NCBI GenBank assembly: GCA_964549165.1
Contig: CAZJUH010000001.1
Location: forward strand, 74,566 to 138,565
DNA: 64,000 nucleotides
Reading direction: 5' to 3'
From: an uncultured Gammaproteobacteria bacterium
GTDB lineage: Bacteria; Patescibacteriota; Microgenomatia; UBA12405
The position numbers were made by a program, and so were the translations under genes. The notes beneath the pieces were generated by a model that was given only the letters and a program-made list of their open reading frames with translations, had not been told where the DNA came from and searched no databases. Below are positions 58,610 through 64,000 of the stretch, piece by piece (within the stretch, counting starts at the first letter, position 1; every line of letters starts with the position of its first letter).

Positions 58610-60347
58610 AACTCCCGAAAAACGCGAAATATTAAAGCCAATTAAACCAAAATTTAAATTTTCACCCATTTTTTTAATTATTGTATTAAGTCTCTTTTTT
58701 GTCGGCACTATTTTGGCGGCTTATTACTATGGTATTTCTAAAAAACAACCTACTGTTGAGGTGCCTGTCCCTGTCTTAACCGAGCCAACTCCTATTCCCA
58801 GTGAACCTGTTCCAACTGTTATACCAACTATTAGTGAAGATGTCAGTGACTTTGGTAAAATAACTTGGCTTTCTAATCCTATTAAAGTACCCAATCCTGA
58901 TATTCTTAACAAAAAGAATTTAGATTTAGAAAATTCTAACGGACACTCTTTTTTAACTGATGGTAGTACCTATAAAGTCGCTACTTTTTCTAATGGTGCC
59001 TCTCTACTCGTTACTTTTATTTCTCCAGTTGGTCCTTCTTCACCATATATTTTTAGAATTATACAAAATGGAAATAATTATTATCTTCATGAGTCTTTAG
59101 TTATCAATAAATATATTAAACCAGAGCTTGATAATATTTTTGATAAAAGCAAGATTAAGTATATTTCTTATAATACGCTTAATTTACTTCCTCCTGATTA
59201 TGTTATGTCTTTAGATAATAAAGTAGTATTTACTTCTGGCCTTAGCAGTTATGATCAATTTTTTCCTAAATTAAAAAACCCTGAGAAAATCGCTTCTTCA
59301 AAATATGGTGATTTTTATGCCGCTTACTCTGAATCATATCAAAACAGTAAACAGGTTTTAGAACGGCAAATATATTTAAAATTAGCGGATTCTACACTTT
59401 TATCTTATAAAACTGAAAGCATTTCTTCCTCTGATAACCATGTCCCCTATGTCAATATTTCAGGACAAGAAAACAAAGATGCTTACGAAAGCGGAATTAC
59501 AGTTAAATGTGGTCTCGGTGATGCTACAACTATTATTAAATCCAATTCTTCTATTCTTAATGACAAAGAAGAAGTAGGTAATGTATCAAACAATGACCAA
59601 AAAATTTATCAAATCAAAAATTCTTCAAATGAATTAGTTAAACAAATCTACGATAATTATAAAATTGGTCGTGATTATCCTTCAGGACCTCCTGTTATGT
59701 CTATTGATCAGTTTGTTAAGGAGCCTAATCATTTTCTCGCTCAGGATAAATTAGGAGACTGGGTTGTTTTTGTAAATTCTAAGTATGCACTTCAAGCTGA
59801 GTGTGGCAAGCCAGTCATTTATCTTTATCCAGAGAAAAATACCGAGGTTACAGTTAAAGTTGGTGCAGATATTACAAAATCCGAGCCTCTTTATCCTAAA
59901 GATGGCTGGACGGTTTTAGCTCATCCCAGTGGCCAATTAGATTATCAAGATCAAGTTTACCCCAATCTTTTTTGGGAGGGGACCGGAAAGGGCTATTATC
60001 CCAATTTGACTAATTATGGTTTTGTTGTCGCTCAAAAAGATTTAATCTCTACCTTAAATTCTCAGTTAAGAGACTTAGGGCTTAATGCCAAAGAATCGGC
60101 TGATTTTATGGAATTTTGGACCGATAAATTACCAAAAGCTCCTTATGTCCGCCTCACCTGGCTAGGGAATGCCGAGATGAATCAGCTCGCACCTCTATCA
60201 GTTAGTCCGAGACCTGATACCTCTATTAGAATATTTTTAGATTTTGCAGGCCTCGATAAACCGATAAAATTAATTTCTCAGAAATTAAGTGCTCCGCCAA
60301 GACGCGGTTTTACTCTAGTCGAATGGGGTGGTCTGCTGATAAAATAG
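58572..60347 (+). CDS. large secreted/membrane-anchored hypothetical protein
   Basis: N-terminal TM helix (FSPIFLIIVLSLFFVGTILAAYYY), Pro-rich linker, then ~500-aa domain without recognisable motifs; start taken at ATG 58572. Confidence 0.45.
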   Translation: MTENNLLPPPVIETPEKREILKPIKPKFKFSPIFLIIVLSLFFVGTILAAYYYGISKKQPTVEVPVPVLTEPTPIPSEPVPTVIPTISEDVSDFGKITWLSNPIKVPNPDILNKKNLDLENSNGHSFLTDGSTYKVATFSNGASLLVTFISPVGPSSPYIFRIIQNGNNYYLHESLVINKYIKPELDNIFDKSKIKYISYNTLNLLPPDYVMSLDNKVVFTSGLSSYDQFFPKLKNPEKIASSKYGDFYAAYSESYQNSKQVLERQIYLKLADSTLLSYKTESISSSDNHVPYVNISGQENKDAYESGITVKCGLGDATTIIKSNSSILNDKEEVGNVSNNDQKIYQIKNSSNELVKQIYDNYKIGRDYPSGPPVMSIDQFVKEPNHFLAQDKLGDWVVFVNSKYALQAECGKPVIYLYPEKNTEVTVKVGADITKSEPLYPKDGWTVLAHPSGQLDYQDQVYPNLFWEGTGKGYYPNLTNYGFVVAQKDLISTLNSQLRDLGLNAKESADFMEFWTDKLPKAPYVRLTWLGNAEMNQLAPLSVSPRPDTSIRIFLDFAGLDKPIKLISQKLSAPPRRGFTLVEWGGLLIK

Positions 60348-60352
60348 ACTCT

Positions 60353-62992
60353 ATGCAAAAATTTGTCTATTTCTTTGGGAGCAAACAAACCGAGGGTGAT
60401 GCCTCACAAAAATTCTTACTTGGTGGTAAAGGGGCGAATCTCGCCGAAATGAGTCTGCTCGACATTCCCGTCCCTCCTGGATTTACTATTTCCACGGAGG
60501 TTTGCAAATATTTTTACGATAATAATAAAAAATATCCGGAGACTCTAAAAAAAGAAGTTGATACAAATTTGGAAAAATTAGAAAAAGCGACCGGCAAAAA
60601 ATTTGGTGATATCAAAAATCCTCTTTTAGTTTCTGTCCGTTCTGGGGCCGCTTCGTCCATGCCGGGGATGATGGATACTATTTTAAATCTAGGCCTGAGT
60701 GAAAAAGTCGTCAATAGTATTGCCGATAGTACGGATAATCCTCGCTTTGCCTGGGATTCCTATCGTCGTTTCATTCAAATGTATGGCAGTGTCGTTGAAA
60801 ATATTGAGCATGAAAAATTTGAACATCTGATTGAAAGTATTAAAGACAAAAAGGGGATTACTCAAGATACTGACATGGGTGCCGCTGACTGGGAAGAGGT
60901 TGTTAAAGCCTACAAAAAATTATTTAAAATTGAAAAAAATCGGGAATTTCCCGATGATGCCAAGGTTCAACTTTGGGGTGCTATCGGCGCCGTTATTGGC
61001 TCATGGAACAATGCCCGGGCTATCACTTATCGCCGCCTGAATCATATCGATGAAGCTAAGGTTTTTGGGACGGCCGTCAATATCCAGTCAATGGTTTTTG
61101 GCAATCTTGGGGCTGATTCTGGCACTGGCGTTGCCTTTACCCGGAATCCGGCCACCGGTGAAAAAAAGTCCTATGGGGAATATTTAATGAATGCCCAGGG
61201 TGAAGATGTGGTCGCTGGTATTCGGACTCCAAAACATCTTGATTCCTTAAAAGAAGACAATGAAGAGGTTTACCAGCAGCTTACGGATATTTTTTCCAAG
61301 CTTGAAAAACATTATCGAGATATGCAGGACGTTGAGTTTACCATTGAAAATGGAAAACTTTATATTCTTCAGACTCGCAGTGGCAAAAGAACTGCCCCCG
61401 CTTCCATTAAAGTCGCCATAGATTTAGTCTCGGAAAAATTAATTACCAAAAAAGAAGCTCTTCTTCGAATTGAACCCGAAAAACTAGATCAGCTTTTACA
61501 TCCAACTCTCGATCCGAAAGCTAAATCTAAATTTAAGCTTATTGCTACCGGTTTACCCGCTTCTCCAGGTGCCGGTGTTGGTCAGGTTGTTTTCAATGCT
61601 GATACTGCCGTTGATTGGAAAGAAAACGGTAAAAAGGTTATTTTAGTCAGAGCCGAAACCTCTCCCGAGGATATTTCTGGGATGGATGCGGCCGAGGGTA
61701 TTTTAACTGCCAGGGGTGGCATGACTTCTCATGCTGCGGTTGTTGCCCGAGGCATGGGTAAATGCTGTGTTTCTGGCTGCGAATCAGTTGCTGTTTCCGA
61801 AATTGAGAAAAAATTCCGTGTTGGCGATTTGATTGTCTCTGAAGGGGATTTAATCACTCTCGACGGCTCGACAGGCGAGGTATTTCTGGGTGAAGTACCT
61901 ACAGTTAATCCGGAGCTTTCCGGATATTTTGGCACTATTCTGCAGTGGTCAGACGAATATAAAAAACTAGGAGTCCGTACCAATGCGGACACCCCAAGGG
62001 ATGCGCAGGTTGCCCGTGATTTTGGCGCTGCCGGCATTGGGCTTTGTCGAACCGAACACATGTTTTTCCAGGCCGATCGCATTTTTGCCGTTCGTCAAAT
62101 GATTTTGTCAGATACTCTCGAGCAAAGAAAAGCGGCTCTGGCCAAAATTTTTCCTATGCAAAAAAATGATTTTTTGGAACTCTTCAAAATTATGAAAGGT
62201 TTCCCGGTCAAAATTCGTTTACTCGACCCCCCTCTTCATGAATTTTTACCGAAAGTTAAAGCTGATATTGAGGCTTTGGCGGGGGAAATGGGTATTACGG
62301 TTGAAAAATTACAGGATAAAGTTGATTCTCTCCACGAACAGAACCCTATGATGGGTCACCGTGGCTGTCGCCTTGGAATTAGCTTTCCTGAAATCTCCGA
62401 AATGCAGGTCAAAGCGATTGCGGAGGCTGCCTGTGAGCTGATAAAAAGTGGTCAAAAAATCATTCCCGAAATTATGATTCCCTTAGTCGGTGAATATAAT
62501 GAGTTTAAATGGCTCAAAGATCGCCTTGTTCCTATTATTGAGGCCACTATCAAGGAGTATAAGGTCAAGATGGCTTATGAAATTGGCACCATGATTGAAA
62601 TCCCTCGGGCGGCTCTCACTGCCGACACCATTGCTACTGAGGCTGATTTTTTCTCTTTTGGCACCAATGATTTAACTCAAATGACCTATGGTTTTTCCCG
62701 CGATGACGCCGGTAAATTCTTAAAAGATTATTTAGACAAAAAAATTCTTTCAGAAGATCCTTTTAAAAGTCTAGATACTGTCGGGGTAGGCAGGCTGATG
62801 AAAATGGCGGTTGATCTTGGTCGATTAAGCAAAAAAGATCTTCACATTGGCATTTGCGGTGAGCAGGGTGGTGATCCGGCGACCATCAAGTTTTGCCATC
62901 AAATAGGTTTAAACTATGTTTCCTGTAGCCCCTATCGGGTCCCCATTGCCCGCCTTGCCGCCGCCCAGGCCGCCATTGAGGCCGAGAAGTAA
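60353..62992 (+). CDS. ppdK: pyruvate, phosphate dikinase
   Basis: N-terminal PEP-synthase-like ATP-grasp region, central phosphohistidine motif GGMTSHAAVVARGMGKCCVSG, C-terminal PEP-utilising TIM barrel (NDLTQMTYGFSRDD, CGEQGGDP); start at ATG 60353 (MQKFVYFFG). Confidence 0.9.
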   Translation: MQKFVYFFGSKQTEGDASQKFLLGGKGANLAEMSLLDIPVPPGFTISTEVCKYFYDNNKKYPETLKKEVDTNLEKLEKATGKKFGDIKNPLLVSVRSGAASSMPGMMDTILNLGLSEKVVNSIADSTDNPRFAWDSYRRFIQMYGSVVENIEHEKFEHLIESIKDKKGITQDTDMGAADWEEVVKAYKKLFKIEKNREFPDDAKVQLWGAIGAVIGSWNNARAITYRRLNHIDEAKVFGTAVNIQSMVFGNLGADSGTGVAFTRNPATGEKKSYGEYLMNAQGEDVVAGIRTPKHLDSLKEDNEEVYQQLTDIFSKLEKHYRDMQDVEFTIENGKLYILQTRSGKRTAPASIKVAIDLVSEKLITKKEALLRIEPEKLDQLLHPTLDPKAKSKFKLIATGLPASPGAGVGQVVFNADTAVDWKENGKKVILVRAETSPEDISGMDAAEGILTARGGMTSHAAVVARGMGKCCVSGCESVAVSEIEKKFRVGDLIVSEGDLITLDGSTGEVFLGEVPTVNPELSGYFGTILQWSDEYKKLGVRTNADTPRDAQVARDFGAAGIGLCRTEHMFFQADRIFAVRQMILSDTLEQRKAALAKIFPMQKNDFLELFKIMKGFPVKIRLLDPPLHEFLPKVKADIEALAGEMGITVEKLQDKVDSLHEQNPMMGHRGCRLGISFPEISEMQVKAIAEAACELIKSGQKIIPEIMIPLVGEYNEFKWLKDRLVPIIEATIKEYKVKMAYEIGTMIEIPRAALTADTIATEADFFSFGTNDLTQMTYGFSRDDAGKFLKDYLDKKILSEDPFKSLDTVGVGRLMKMAVDLGRLSKKDLHIGICGEQGGDPATIKFCHQIGLNYVSCSPYRVPIARLAAAQAAIEAEK

Positions 62993-63007
62993 AAAATATT
63001 TCTATTA

Positions 63008-63340
63008 TTATTTAATCCAATCAAAATCTTCTTTATAGTCATTGTTAAAAGACCATCCAGAACAATCATCACCCTTGATAAGGCTAACATCGGCACTAAT
63101 TGTGCCATCAGAAACATAACTATCTCTTCCTTTTTCCACACTTTCCCCCTTATCTATTTCGCAATATTTGCGTTCTATGAGAGAATCTAAAGGATTAATT
63201 ACTAAAGAGACGGTATCTTTTGCAACGCCATTATCTCCTATTTCTAGGTCTTGTGTTTTACTATCACATCCGGTCAAACCACCAATAGCAACACTAGCAC
63301 AGACAAGAGCTTTTACTTTAAGAGGAATATTTCTTTCCAT
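63008..63340 (-). CDS. hypothetical lipoprotein
   Basis: signal peptide with lipobox LTGC. Confidence 0.5.
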   Translation of the reverse strand: MERNIPLKVKALVCASVAIGGLTGCDSKTQDLEIGDNGVAKDTVSLVINPLDSLIERKYCEIDKGESVEKGRDSYVSDGTISADVSLIKGDDCSGWSFNNDYKEDFDWIK

Positions 63341-63438
63341 ATTTTTATGTTTAATGAATTAACAAAAATATTATCCCATAATATTAGTTATTTGTCAATA
63401 AGTAGACTTATAGGACACTGTTGTGATATTATATCGCC

Positions 63439-63744
63439 ATGACTGAAGCACATCTAATCAATACCCCGAGAGAATATAATCGAGAGTTATATTTTTCTGT
63501 TAAACCAAATGTTCATGGCGATGATATGGCCAGTATTTGTGGTCGCTGCGATTTAGAGCCTTGGTGTTTTGGTACCACCGCTCCAAATCGAAAAGACGCT
63601 CACATTAGTCTTGATGTTCCAAGAATCAGAAAAATTATTTCGTCTGACACCTCAAACTGCGGCATTATTATCGATCTCTTGGTTAAAAAAAATGAAGTTC
63701 AACCAGGTTTTTTTCCTAAACCAGGGTTTTCTCCGGCTAAATAA
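63439..63744 (+). CDS. hypothetical protein
   Basis: 101-aa ORF, no recognisable motifs. Confidence 0.3.
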   Translation: MTEAHLINTPREYNRELYFSVKPNVHGDDMASICGRCDLEPWCFGTTAPNRKDAHISLDVPRIRKIISSDTSNCGIIIDLLVKKNEVQPGFFPKPGFSPAK

Positions 63745-63812
63745 AAAAACAAAATGTTATGTCTCTGGCGCTAGGGCTAGAAATAGTTTAAAATCACGCA
63801 TAACTGATTCAA

Positions 63813-63883
63813 TGACCCGGTAGTCAAGCGGTTAGACAGCGGTCTGCAAAACCGTTCAGGTGGGTCCAACTCCCACCCGGGTC
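63813..63883 (+). tRNA. tRNA-Cys (anticodon GCA)
   Basis: acceptor GACCCGG/CCGGGTC, anticodon stem GCGGT/ACCGT with loop CTGCAAA, T-arm GTGGG-TCCAACT-CCCAC; short D-stem. Confidence 0.6.
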
Positions 63884-64000
63884 TCAATCTAAATTCAACT
63901 CTTTTACCAATCCGAAGCCTTGGCGTAGGATGGCCACCCGGGTCTCACAAATACTTTTTAAGTTTTTTTATTTCTTCAGCGTACACTTTTTGAGCCCATT

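Noticed and set aside
63870-63940. tRNA-Cys 3' direct repeat interpreted as a complete integrated element
   Set aside because: Only ~40 bp separate the two copies, which leaves no room for an element. It is reported only as a possible excision scar.

Overview
AT-rich, gene-dense bacterial window whose overall character suggests a small-genome uncultivated lineage (CPR/Patescibacteria-like); that taxon call is inference from gene style only.

The two ends are core genome. The 5' end (1-4.6 kb) holds a truncated sensor histidine kinase and a MacA/MacB/FtsX-type efflux operon. The 3' end (47-64 kb) holds an ABC exporter, valS, a guanylate-kinase-like gene, an archaeal/eukaryotic-type TrpRS, enolase, groES-groEL, a MEMO1-like gene, a large secreted protein, pyruvate phosphate dikinase and tRNA-Cys.

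The middle (about 4.6-27.9 kb) is accessory DNA:
- Three copies of a ~115-bp intergenic repeat with GAGACA/TGTCTC dyad symmetry.
- An IS3-family insertion sequence (orfA/orfB with an A7G slippery site) inserted into a frameshifted radical-SAM pseudogene, plus a solo IS-end remnant at 27.8 kb.
- A GC-richer cassette: B12-binding radical SAM, radical SAM/SPASM, kinase-like, amidohydrolase and histidine phosphatase genes.
- A Cas2/VapD-like small gene co-transcribed with an unknown 303-aa protein, divergent from an XRE-ImmA regulator pair.
- An MmeI-like type IIG restriction-modification gene followed by two unknown genes, one a multi-zinc-ribbon protein.
- A ParB-methyltransferase, a DUF2726-like nuclease-fold protein, a large serine recombinase and an OLD-family nuclease, ending at a cluster of tRNAs (Ser-GCU, Arg with anticodon GCG, Ser-CGA).

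Further 3' lie a metal-resistance cluster (ArsR plus P1B-ATPase, CadD, CsoR plus thioredoxin), a holin-like gene, patatin, a GT2/methyltransferase pair, a TetR plus radical SAM/SPASM pair with a possible small aromatic-rich peptide ORF, an ECF sigma/anti-sigma module, and two more tRNAs (Arg-CCG, Ser-GGA) beside a tRNA-like fragment.

No CRISPR array or rRNA was seen. All assignments are from motif-level reading of the supplied translations and sequence; no database search was possible.
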